Shown here in pieces: positions 10,101-18,376 of a DNA stretch of 43,392 nucleotides (the stretch's first letter is position 1; each line of letters opens with the position of its first letter). The stretch spans positions 1-43,392 of the forward strand of contig JBKJJJ010000085.1 of the NCBI GenBank assembly GCA_046598045.1, given 5' to 3'. Made by a program: the position numbers and the translations under genes. The notes beneath the pieces were generated by a model, which was not told the origin of the DNA, did not search any database, and saw nothing but the letters and a program-made list of their open reading frames with translations. The DNA comes from Candidatus Eiseniibacteriota bacterium (GTDB taxonomy: Bacteria; Eisenbacteria; RBG-16-71-46; DASYSL01).

Positions 10101-10508
10101 GAGATCGCGCTGCTGCTCGCGGGCGGCACGTTCACGGATGCGAACGGCGTCGTGGCGCCGCTGACGCTGCGCGACATCCTGGTCGTCGCGCCCTACAACG
10201 CGCAAGTCCAGACGCTGCTGGCGGTGTTGCCCGACGGCGCCCAGGTCGGGACCGTCGACAAGTTCCAGGGGCGCGAGGCCGCGATCGTGTTCTTCTCGAT
10301 GGCCACCTCCTCCGGCGACGACCTCCCGCGGGACCTCGCATTCCTGTTCTCGCGCAATCGCCTGAACGTCGCGATCTCTCGCGCGCGCGCGTTGGCGGTA
10401 CTCGTGGCTTCGCCGGGGCTGATGCGGGTGCCGTGTCGGAACGCGGACGAGATGCGGATGGTGAATGGGGTGGCGCGATTCGCGGAGGTGAGCGCCGGGT
10501 TCGCATGA
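7113..10508 (+). CDS. TM0106-family RecB-like nuclease fused to RNase H-like and SF1 (DNA2/UPF1-like) helicase domains
   Basis: FSPSDL...C start; GIADFL...YEAADTK (PD-(D/E)xK-like); FFDMEGDP and YSIKDIE..Y; QGPPGAGKT, IDEAGQ, LLGDPQQL, VVAPYNAQV, GTVDKFQGREA and NRLNVAISRA. A TTG start at 7113 was chosen after GGAGGA (7100-7105); the ORF-track start at 6051 overlaps two real genes. Confidence 0.9.
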   Translation: MRAGPDGLRFSPSDLNFFADCEHLAWLEGQAARGLRVPDAAERDPMSDLLARRGLEHEKVYLAACALPVTRIPYDPGNPAPAVRATRKAMERGDPVIYQGVLEHGRWLGIADFLERVETPSDLGAWSYEAADTKLGRTTKAYYLLQLSLYSELIARVQGTPPVRMHAILAGQVRDSYVCRDFGAYFRALRERFVATVEAGSEPSYPLPVEHCAMCRWATTCERRREADDHLCRVANIRRTQMARLAKAGVSTLAQLAGLPESERVPRIPAPTLDTLRAQARLQAAQNATGEASYELLAPLPARGFALLPEPSPGDVFFDMEGDPYFEGGGLEYLFGAAFADGTPYRAWWGHSHAEERQAFEAFIDFVVARRAADPAMHVYHYAPYEPSALKRLAGRYGTREAELDDLLRGEVLVDLYRVVRQGLRASYPSYSIKDIEHFYMGPREAAVKNAGASIVEYELWLETHEAGKLEAIERYNEEDCVSTRLLRDWVMARKAEAFAKFGEAPPPPPPDAPKERSEDSLRLEAERSALVANLLDGLGPDPLALEGADRARWLMAQLIDYHQREARPVWWSFFDRMQMTDEALLDDGESIGGLVPEPAEPPVKVARSLHHTLRFPAQEFKLSPGADVLDPATGKSAGSLVEIDPRTGRAVLKRGPTLAGVPLPRALIPGAPYNTAMQRAALRRLGGSIASHGVDGEGAYRALRDLLTGAPPRIAGHPPGSALQGAHLDLEQAWRIVSALDRGALFVQGPPGAGKTWLGARLIVRLMRAGGTVGVTALSHRAIHNLLHEVEAVAHAEGFAFHGLKKSSGEGESQFVSELAMPMITNVADNPTSMPRGMLLLAGTAWLFSRPELDASLDVLFIDEAGQVSLADALAVGTAATNLVLLGDPQQLPQVSQAVHPPGAGASVLEHVLGSDDTIPPERGLFLDQTWRMHPGVCAFISELAYDGRLASAPGRDRQEVASPTGLSGAGLRYLPVAHSGNSQRSTEEADVIAREIALLLAGGTFTDANGVVAPLTLRDILVVAPYNAQVQTLLAVLPDGAQVGTVDKFQGREAAIVFFSMATSSGDDLPRDLAFLFSRNRLNVAISRARALAVLVASPGLMRVPCRNADEMRMVNGVARFAEVSAGFA

Positions 10509-10757
10509 ATCCTCATCTTATGATCGTCATCTAAGGAGCAATCGGGCCGGATCACGGGCGGAGTCATCGCGGTCTCCGACCATGATTGGTAAGAAATTCA
10601 TCCGATGGGGCACCTTCGCGCGGCAGGACGTACTTCCTGCCTGCCGGCCCGGGACACGTCCGGTGTCAAGAACGCCGCACAGGCGCTGAAAGTTGTCCTT
10701 TCCCTCCGTACCTGTCAGACTCAATTGATCGGCATCCCGCCAACTCTTGGAGGATTC

Positions 10758-13700
10758 GTGCGCCACGATTCGCTCGCCCGGCTCTTCGTCCTTTGCTCCG
10801 TGCTGCTCTCCTTCAGCGGCCAGGCGACAGCGGCCGCGCGTCCCGACTTCGATCAGCGCAATTCCATCGCGGTCGACGCGAATGCCGCAAACGCGGCGAA
10901 GGCTCGCCTCGAGGCTCCAGGGCTCCGGCGCATCGCGGCAGTGGGCGAGATGGAGGATCGCTTCGGCGTCCCAACGTTCCTGTGGGCCGCACCCGCGGAG
11001 CCGCTCGCCGCGCAAAGCGTCACGGGCGGCGCGCCGGCAAAGCCGACCGCGGACCAGGCCGCCCGCGCGCACCTCGCGCGCCTCGCCCCGTTCTACGGGC
11101 TCGGCGCCGCCGATCTCGCGGGCGCAAAGCTCCGCAGCGTGCACGACACCGGGCGGGGCCCGATCATCGCGACCTACAAGCAGACGGTCGACGGCGTCGA
11201 GGTCTTCGGCGAGGAGGTCAAGCTCCTCATGGACCGGAACCTCGAGCTCAAGGCCGCATCCGGCTTCATCGCGAGCGCCACGCCCGGCAAGATTCGCGCG
11301 GCCGCGTCGGCGCGCGCGTTCCGCTTCTCCTCCATGCAGGCGACCGCGAACGCGCTCGAAGACTTCACGGGCACGGCCGCGGCCGGCGCGGCGATGTCCC
11401 ATGGCAACGCGATGCCGGGCGGGTTCGAGCGCTTTGACGTCGCGGACGTGAACGCGGGCATCCCCGCGGGCCTCGCGCCGGGCGAGCCGGTCCGCGTGAA
11501 GAAGGTGTGGTTCCACACGCCGGCGGATCTCGAGCCCGCGTACTCGGTCGAGATCCTCGCCGAGACCGCAGCGGACCAGTACGTGATCTCCGCGCGCGAC
11601 GGCCGCGTGCTGTACCGCCACAGCCTCATGGCCGACGCCAGCTTCACCTACCGCGTGTGGAACGATGCCGCCGCGCCGAACATGCCGCCCGATGGTCCGC
11701 AGGGAAGCTCGCCGACCCCGTATCCGTTCGCGACGCCGACCGCGTATGACCCGGGCTTCACGCTGCCGACACTGATCACGCTCCAGAACGGGCCGATCGC
11801 GACCAACGACCCGTGGCTGGCGTCCGGCGCGACCGTGACCAATGGCAACAACGTCGACGCCTACGCCGACCTCGCCTCGCCCGATGGGTTCTCGGGCAGC
11901 GACCTGCGCGCGAGCACCACGAGCCCGGGCACGTTCGATCGCGCCTACGACCCGACCCTCGCCCCCGGCGTGAGCGCCGCGCAGCGCATGGCGTCGGTCA
12001 CGCAGCTGTTCTACACCGTGAACTTCCTGCACGACTGGTACTACGCCGCCGGCTTCGATGAGGCGGCGGGCAATGCGCAGGTCAGCAACTACGGGCGCGG
12101 CGGCATCGAGGGCGACGGGTTCAAGGCCGAGGCGCAGGACTACGGCGGGACGAACAACGCGAACATGACGACGCCCGCGGACGGCGGCCGGCCGCGCATG
12201 CAGATGTACGTGTTCCAGGCGGCGCCGACGGCGTTGGTGGTCGTCAACAGCCCGCCCGCGATCGCCGGTACCAAGACCGCGGCGCGCTCGGCGATCGGCC
12301 CGAACAACTTCTCGGTGACCGCACCGGTCGAGCTCTACAACGACGGCGTGGCCCCGACGAGCGACGGTTGCGGCGCGAGCGTGGGCTCGCTCGCCGGCAA
12401 GATCGCGCTCATCGACCGCGGCTCGTGCACCTACGACACGATGATCCTGAACGCGCAGAACGCGGGCGCGCTCGCGGTGATCGTGGTCAACAACGTGGCC
12501 GGCCCGCCAGTGACGATCTCGGGTGCGACGAGCCCGACCATCGGCGCGGTCATGATCTCGCAGTCCGATGGCGCCGACATCAAGGCGCAGCTCGGCGGCG
12601 GCGTGAACGTCACCGTGTCGAGCACGCCGAATCTCCAGCGCGACGGCTCGATCGACAACCAGATCGTGGCGCACGAGTACGGGCACTACGTCAACAACCG
12701 GCTGATCGGCAACGGCTCGGGCCTGGGCGGCTTGCAGGCCGGCGGCATGGGCGAGGGGTGGGGCGACTTCCAGGGACAGCTCCTGACGGTGCGCGCCGAG
12801 GACGCGCTGGTGTCGCCGTTCGACTTCTCGGGGACGTACAGCACGGGTGGGTACGCGCTCTCCCCGTCGGTGGCGCCCTCGACCACGTACTACTTCGGCG
12901 TGCGGCGCTATCCCTATTCGACGGATTTCGCGAAGAATGCGCTCACGTTCCGGCACATCCAGGATGGCGAGCCGCTCCCGGTCGGGCCCCCGGCGAAGGT
13001 AAAGTCGAGCCCCAACTCCGAGGTCCACAACGCGGGCGAGGTGTGGGCGACCATGCTGTGGGAGTGCTACGCCGCGCTGCTGCGCGACACGGGGCGGCTC
13101 TCGTTCGTCCAGTCCCAGACGCGCATGCGCGACTACCTCGTCGCCGCCTACAAGATGACGCCGCTCGACCCGACCTTCACCGAGGCGCGCGATGCGCTGC
13201 TGTCGGTCGTGCTCGCGTCCGATCCGCTCGACCACGCGGCGTTCTGCGCGGCGTTCGCGCGGCGCGGGGCCGGCGTCGGCGCGATCTCGCCGCCGCGGAC
13301 CTCGACCACGAACATCGGCGTGGTCGAAAGCTACGTCTGCGGCGGCGCGCTCGACTTCGTCAGCGCGACGATCACAGACGACGTGCGCTCCTGCGACAAC
13401 GACGGCATCCTCGACAACGGCGAGTCCGGCACGCTCATGATCACGCTGCGGAATTCCGGAAGTACCGCACTCTCGGCCACGACGGCCACGGTCACGAGCC
13501 CGAATCCGTCGGTCAACTTCCCGTACGGGCACACGGTCGCGATGTCGAACTCGTCGCCCTACGGCACGAGCACCGGGTCGCTCGTGATCGGCATGTTCGG
13601 GGCGGTCGGTGTCGAGCCGCTCGACCTGCAGATCGCGTACACCGATCCCGCGCTGATCGCGACGCCGGTCAACGGCGTGCTGGTCGCGAACGGCAATGCC

Positions 13701-14597
13701 GACCTCACGCCTTCGACCACCGAGACCGTCGACCAGCCGAGCGCGGGCTGGTCGTACACGGGCAACCCGCACGTCGCGGCGAACGGGTGGGCCCGGGCCA
13801 CGCTGGGCTCGAACTTCGTGTTCTCAGCGCCCGACCCGGGAGGCCTGTCCGACGAGTACCTGATCACGCCGCCGCTCAATGTCGCGGCGTCGGGGGCGTT
13901 CACGTTCTCGTTCAAGCAGGCGTACTCCTACGAGACCAGCGGCGGCATCTTCTGGGACGGCGGCGTGATCGAGATCACCGACAACGCGGGCGCGAGCTGG
14001 ACCGACATCGGCGCGTCGGCGAGCCCGACCTATGGCGGCACGCTCTACGTCGGCGCCGGCAACCCGCTCTCGGGACGGTCCGCGTACGTGGGGCAGAGCA
14101 CGGGCTTCCCGGCGCTCGCCACGGTGAACGTCAACCTCGGCACCACGTACGCGGGCAAGACCGTGCGCGTGAGATTCCGCATCGGCGCGGACGAGGCGTC
14201 GGGCGGGGCCGGCTGGCAGGTGGACGACCTCGTGGTCAACAACATCACGAACCAGCCGTTCAACGCCCTGATCGGCGATCCGACGGTCTGCGCGCCGGTC
14301 GCGGTGGGCGACGTATTGCCCACCGAGTGGTCGCTGGCGCTCGCGGGGAGCAACCCCTCGCGCGGCATGCCGACGCTGCGCTTCGCACTTCCGTCCGCGG
14401 GACACGTGACGATCGCGCTCTACGACGTCGCGGGCCGCAAGGTCACGACCCTGGCCGAGGGCGAGTTCGCCGCCGGGTATCACACGACCGCGTGGAACAC
14501 CGAGTCGGGCGACATCCGCCCGCGCGCCGGGGTGTACTTCGCGCGCATGGTCGCGAACCGGCGCGAGTTCGTGCAGCGGGTGGTGTTGCTGCAGTAG
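10758..14597 (+). CDS. Secreted M36 (fungalysin) metallopeptidase with FTP propeptide, PA domain and C-terminal FlgD-Ig/T9SS-like domain
   Basis: GGAGG RBS and GTG 10758; signal peptide; NNANMTTPADGGRPRMQMY; PA-like GKIALIDRGSC; HEYGH zinc motif and GMGEGWGDF; EVHNAGEVWA; C-terminal NPSRG..LRFALP...LYDVAGRKV...GVYFARM. Confidence 0.92.
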   Translation: MRHDSLARLFVLCSVLLSFSGQATAAARPDFDQRNSIAVDANAANAAKARLEAPGLRRIAAVGEMEDRFGVPTFLWAAPAEPLAAQSVTGGAPAKPTADQAARAHLARLAPFYGLGAADLAGAKLRSVHDTGRGPIIATYKQTVDGVEVFGEEVKLLMDRNLELKAASGFIASATPGKIRAAASARAFRFSSMQATANALEDFTGTAAAGAAMSHGNAMPGGFERFDVADVNAGIPAGLAPGEPVRVKKVWFHTPADLEPAYSVEILAETAADQYVISARDGRVLYRHSLMADASFTYRVWNDAAAPNMPPDGPQGSSPTPYPFATPTAYDPGFTLPTLITLQNGPIATNDPWLASGATVTNGNNVDAYADLASPDGFSGSDLRASTTSPGTFDRAYDPTLAPGVSAAQRMASVTQLFYTVNFLHDWYYAAGFDEAAGNAQVSNYGRGGIEGDGFKAEAQDYGGTNNANMTTPADGGRPRMQMYVFQAAPTALVVVNSPPAIAGTKTAARSAIGPNNFSVTAPVELYNDGVAPTSDGCGASVGSLAGKIALIDRGSCTYDTMILNAQNAGALAVIVVNNVAGPPVTISGATSPTIGAVMISQSDGADIKAQLGGGVNVTVSSTPNLQRDGSIDNQIVAHEYGHYVNNRLIGNGSGLGGLQAGGMGEGWGDFQGQLLTVRAEDALVSPFDFSGTYSTGGYALSPSVAPSTTYYFGVRRYPYSTDFAKNALTFRHIQDGEPLPVGPPAKVKSSPNSEVHNAGEVWATMLWECYAALLRDTGRLSFVQSQTRMRDYLVAAYKMTPLDPTFTEARDALLSVVLASDPLDHAAFCAAFARRGAGVGAISPPRTSTTNIGVVESYVCGGALDFVSATITDDVRSCDNDGILDNGESGTLMITLRNSGSTALSATTATVTSPNPSVNFPYGHTVAMSNSSPYGTSTGSLVIGMFGAVGVEPLDLQIAYTDPALIATPVNGVLVANGNADLTPSTTETVDQPSAGWSYTGNPHVAANGWARATLGSNFVFSAPDPGGLSDEYLITPPLNVAASGAFTFSFKQAYSYETSGGIFWDGGVIEITDNAGASWTDIGASASPTYGGTLYVGAGNPLSGRSAYVGQSTGFPALATVNVNLGTTYAGKTVRVRFRIGADEASGGAGWQVDDLVVNNITNQPFNALIGDPTVCAPVAVGDVLPTEWSLALAGSNPSRGMPTLRFALPSAGHVTIALYDVAGRKVTTLAEGEFAAGYHTTAWNTESGDIRPRAGVYFARMVANRREFVQRVVLLQ

Positions 14598-14627
14598 AGC
14601 CGTGGCGGGGGCGTGAGGCGCGATGCC

Positions 14628-17600
14628 TTACGCCCCCGGCTCGAGCAAGTACTCCAGGTCCGCCCGCGTCAGCGTGCGCGCGAACCCGTCCTCGCCGAGG
14701 ATCTCCTTCGCCATCGCGGCCTTCTTCTGCTGCAGCTCCCAGATCTTCTCCTCGATCGTCCCCCGCGTGAGCAGGCGGAACGCCGTCACCTTCTGCGTCT
14801 GCCCGATCCGGTGCGTGCGGTCGATCGCCTGCGCCTCGACGGCTGGGTTCCACCACGGGTCGAACAGGATCACGTGGCTCGCCGCGGTCAGGTTGAGCCC
14901 GGTGCCGCCCGCCTTGAGCGAGACCAGGAAGACCGACGGCGTCTGGTCCTCGGTGAACTCCCGCACGACGCGCTCGCGATCCTTCTCGCGCGTCTTGCCG
15001 GTGAGCAGGTGGGAGGGAATGCCGCGCTCCTTCATCCCGGCCTCGATCAGCGCGAGGCATTGCACGAACTGCGAGAACAAGAGCACCTTGTGCCCCTCCG
15101 CGAGCAGCGGCTCGAGCACCTCCCACAAGGCCTCGAACTTGCCCGACGGCGTGCGCGCGGGCGCGCCGACGAGCGCCGGGTGGCAGCAGATCTGGCGCAG
15201 GCGCGTGAGCACCGAGAGGATCTCGATCTGGTGGCGATCGAGCCCCTCGCCGCCGGCGATCAGCTTCGCGAGCATCGCGCGGCCGCGCTCGAGCTGGTCG
15301 AGGTAGAGCTTGTGCTGCGCGGGCAGCAGCTCGCAGTCGAGCCGCTCCTCGGTGCGCTCGGGGAGCTCGGGCGCGACCTCCTGCTTCATGCGCCGCAGCA
15401 GCACCGGGCGCAGCTTGGCGGCGAGCAGCCGGCGCAGGTGGGGCGGCGCGTCCGCCTTGTCGAAGCGCGTGACGAAGCTGCGCCGCGTGCCGAGGAACTC
15501 GGGGCTCGTGAACGCGAGGATGCTCCACAGGTCGAGCGCGCGATTCTCGAGCGGCGTGCCGGTTAGCGCCAGGCGGTGCCGGCTGTGGAGCGCGCGCGCC
15601 GCCTTGCTCACCGCGGCGTCGGGGTTCTTGATGTTCTGCGCCTCATCCAGAATCACCGCGCCGAACTCGATCTCGCGCAGCGTCTCGAGGTCGCGCCGCA
15701 AGAGCGCGTAGTTCGTCACGATGAGCCCGCCCTTGCGCCCACGGTCGAGTGCGTCGCGCCGCTCCACGGCGGTGCCGGTCAGGCGCACGACCGGCAGCCC
15801 GGGCGCGAAGCGCTCCGCCTCGCGCACCCAGTTGTGCACCACCGAGGCGGGGCAGACGACGAGCGTCGGGCCGAACCTCGGCGCGCCGGCGCGCAGCGAG
15901 AGCAGCCACGCCAGTGCCTGGATCGTCTTGCCGAGGCCCATGTCGTCGGCCAGCACCGCGCCGATCCCGAGCGTCGAGGCGAATGACAGGAAATCCAGCC
16001 CGTGCTGCTGATAGGGGCGCAGCGTCCCGACGAACCCGGTCGGCAAGGGCGCGGCAGGCAAACCGGTGAACTCGCGGACTTGCGTGCGCACGCGCTCGAC
16101 GGCGGCGACGGTCTCGGGGTCGAGCCCGAACTCCGAGAGTGCGGCGAGCGATTCCGGGCGCGCCTGGGCGAGTTGCCACAGGCTCAAGCGTTGCTCGCCG
16201 GCGCCGACCTCGATGCCGACATCGGCGAACAGCAGGGCCGCGCGCTCGACCTCCTCGCCCTCGTCGCGCCGCACCCAGCCCGAGGAGACGCGCACGAACG
16301 GTCCGGTCGCGCGGCGCAAGAGCTCCATGTCCTCGGGCGTGAGCACGAGCTCGCCGCTCTCCCACTCGGCCGAGAACGCGAACCAGTCGACGCCCGAGGA
16401 GCGCGCGCGCAGCGTCGCCCGCACCCGGCTGCCCTCGATCAGCAGGCGCTTCGCCTCCGCGTCGCAGTACCAGCGTGCGCCCAGGGGGCGTTCGCGCCAC
16501 AGCGCCTCGAGCGCGTCGAGCCGCGCGGCGCTGATGTGGATCCACCATCCCGCGCTCGGGCCCTCGCCGGCGCCGGTGCGCTCGAGCCACTCGATCGCGG
16601 GCGCGAGCGGCCGCGGATCGAGCAGCGTGAGCTTCGCGGGATCCGCGGGGAGGGCGGCGCGGCTCGGGGGCGACCAGCCGGTTCCGGGGACGAACTCGTG
16701 CAGGCCCTCCGCGGTCGCGAGCGAGGGCGCGTCGGGATCGAGCGTGCCCCGGGGGGCCGCGAGCAGGCGGATCTGGAGCCAGTCGCTCTTGCCGAGCGCG
16801 AGCGCGAACACCGGCTGCGCGCCGATCTCGCGCACGAAGGGCGCAAGCGATTCGCGCAGCGTCGGGAAGCGGGTCGTGAGCTCGCTCACCAGGCGCGAGT
16901 GCCGCGCCGGGTCGAGCGTCAGCCCGCTCGCCTCCAGCAACCCGGTGACGACGTCGTCGGGCGGGCGCGAGGAGATCGCGTGCACCTCGCCCGCGCACAC
17001 GAGGAGGCTCGGGTGGCGGCGCGTGCCGTCGCTCGTGCCCGGGACGAGGATCGCCTCGGTGAGCGGGTGCGCGCGCTCGTCCGGCCAGCGCGCCTCGAGC
17101 GAGAGCGCGACCCGGCCACCCTGCTCGAGCGCCGACGGGACGATGCGCACCGGCAGCGCGCCGAAGCGCACCGGCTGCCCCGGCGCGATGCCCGCGCGCG
17201 CGGCCACTGCCGGATCGAGCTCGTCCGACCAGGTCACACCGCCCGTGCCGCTGCCGAGCTCGATCAGTCGGCGCGCGGTGGTCGTGGTCGCGACGTTGCC
17301 CGCCGCGTAGGTGCCGCCCCAGCGGTTGACGAGGTTCGAGAGGTAGACCTCGAGCAGCTCCATGCTCTCCTCGGAGAGCAGCCCGGGCCGGCGCGCGGCC
17401 TCCCTCTGGAGCTGCTCCAACTGCGCCACGGTGCGCGGCGTGTCGGCCGCGCGGGTCGTGGTCACGCGCGCCTCGATCCGGAGCGCCCACAACCCGTCGG
17501 TCGCCTGCCCGAGGCCGAGCACGAAACGCAACTGCCGCTCGGCCGACGCGGTCGGAGGCGCCGCCCACGCGACGAGCCGGCCCGCGAGCCGGTCCTGTTC

Positions 17601-18320
17601 CTGCTCGAGGAAGCGCTTGCGCAGGTCCTCGCGCTCCGCGAACGGGCGCAGCGCGGGCGGGATCCAGCCGCCCGTGTGCGCGGGCAGCGCCTGCGCGAGC
17701 CGCCAGCACAGGAGATCGGGATCGCTCTCCTCGAGGATCGCGTCGAACGGTGGCAGGTGGGTCGCGAGCTCGAGTTCGGGGCGCTCGCGCAGCATGAGGC
17801 GCAGCGACGCGACGCGCTGCCACGAGTGCGCGGCCGCCCGCAGGTCCTCGAGCGCGCGCGCGGGGCGCACGGGGTGGGTCGCCGATGGCGCGCGCGGGCG
17901 GGCCGCCTCGGCGAACGGATCGGGCTCGCGCGCCGCGTGCGAGGTCCGGAACGCCGCGTCCCGCCCCGGCAGGAGGCGCGCGAGCCGCGGGTCGTTGGTG
18001 CGGCCCGCCGCCTGGAGGGCGACCAGCGCGACCGAGGCCAGCGCGTACAGGTGCTTGCAGGCAACCGCGACCGGGCAGGTGCAGCGGTCCGTCCAGTCGT
18101 GGCCCTTCCAGTCCCAGCGCGCGTCGTAAGTCCGCGTTCCGTGCACCGGGGCGCGAAGCGAGCCGGCGCCCGCCTGAAGCGAACCGACGTGGCCGTTCGC
18201 GGCGTAGCTCCGGCCGCGCTCGCGCATCGAGACCGGGTAGTCGGCGAGGGCGTCGATCAGGCGCTGGATCTGGGCGGGGGCGAGGGCGGCGGCATCAGAC
18301 GAAAGGATCCGGTCGGGCAT
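14628..18320 (-). CDS. SWIM zinc-finger + SNF2-family helicase/ATPase
   Basis: SWIM CTCPVAVACKH; LRPYQ, LADDMGLGKT, DEAQNIKN, LTGTPLEN, KVLLFSQF, SLKAGGTGLNL, DPWWNP and RTHRIGQ. ATG 18320 is preferred over the ORF-track start 18338 because of promoter geometry. Confidence 0.92.
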   Translation of the reverse strand: MPDRILSSDAAALAPAQIQRLIDALADYPVSMRERGRSYAANGHVGSLQAGAGSLRAPVHGTRTYDARWDWKGHDWTDRCTCPVAVACKHLYALASVALVALQAAGRTNDPRLARLLPGRDAAFRTSHAAREPDPFAEAARPRAPSATHPVRPARALEDLRAAAHSWQRVASLRLMLRERPELELATHLPPFDAILEESDPDLLCWRLAQALPAHTGGWIPPALRPFAEREDLRKRFLEQEQDRLAGRLVAWAAPPTASAERQLRFVLGLGQATDGLWALRIEARVTTTRAADTPRTVAQLEQLQREAARRPGLLSEESMELLEVYLSNLVNRWGGTYAAGNVATTTTARRLIELGSGTGGVTWSDELDPAVAARAGIAPGQPVRFGALPVRIVPSALEQGGRVALSLEARWPDERAHPLTEAILVPGTSDGTRRHPSLLVCAGEVHAISSRPPDDVVTGLLEASGLTLDPARHSRLVSELTTRFPTLRESLAPFVREIGAQPVFALALGKSDWLQIRLLAAPRGTLDPDAPSLATAEGLHEFVPGTGWSPPSRAALPADPAKLTLLDPRPLAPAIEWLERTGAGEGPSAGWWIHISAARLDALEALWRERPLGARWYCDAEAKRLLIEGSRVRATLRARSSGVDWFAFSAEWESGELVLTPEDMELLRRATGPFVRVSSGWVRRDEGEEVERAALLFADVGIEVGAGEQRLSLWQLAQARPESLAALSEFGLDPETVAAVERVRTQVREFTGLPAAPLPTGFVGTLRPYQQHGLDFLSFASTLGIGAVLADDMGLGKTIQALAWLLSLRAGAPRFGPTLVVCPASVVHNWVREAERFAPGLPVVRLTGTAVERRDALDRGRKGGLIVTNYALLRRDLETLREIEFGAVILDEAQNIKNPDAAVSKAARALHSRHRLALTGTPLENRALDLWSILAFTSPEFLGTRRSFVTRFDKADAPPHLRRLLAAKLRPVLLRRMKQEVAPELPERTEERLDCELLPAQHKLYLDQLERGRAMLAKLIAGGEGLDRHQIEILSVLTRLRQICCHPALVGAPARTPSGKFEALWEVLEPLLAEGHKVLLFSQFVQCLALIEAGMKERGIPSHLLTGKTREKDRERVVREFTEDQTPSVFLVSLKAGGTGLNLTAASHVILFDPWWNPAVEAQAIDRTHRIGQTQKVTAFRLLTRGTIEEKIWELQQKKAAMAKEILGEDGFARTLTRADLEYLLEPGA

Positions 18321-18326
18321 CAGGAG

Positions 18327-18355
18327 ATTGTCATCCACCGGCGGGGGCGTGGCAA
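18327..18355 (-). promoter_or_regulatory. Sigma70-type promoter for the SNF2 gene, leaderless geometry
   Basis: Minus strand TTGCCA-N17-GACAAT-N6-ATG(18320). Confidence 0.5.
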
Positions 18356-18376
18356 GGAATCCGCGGCCCTTGGTCG

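Noticed and set aside
10509..10757. Possible riboswitch or sRNA upstream of the M36 gene (hairpins GGCAGGA/TCCTGCC at 10622-10641 and GACAC/GTGTC)
   Set aside because: Short stems are expected at this GC content, and I recognised no aptamer consensus or expression platform; an Rfam search would be needed.
10527..13772. 1081-aa antisense ORF and similar long shadow ORFs (595..2853, 12368..14770, 16002..18566, 25456..28224, 34382..36796)
   Set aside because: Expected stop-free alternative frames in high-GC coding DNA; they have no motifs and overlap well-supported genes.
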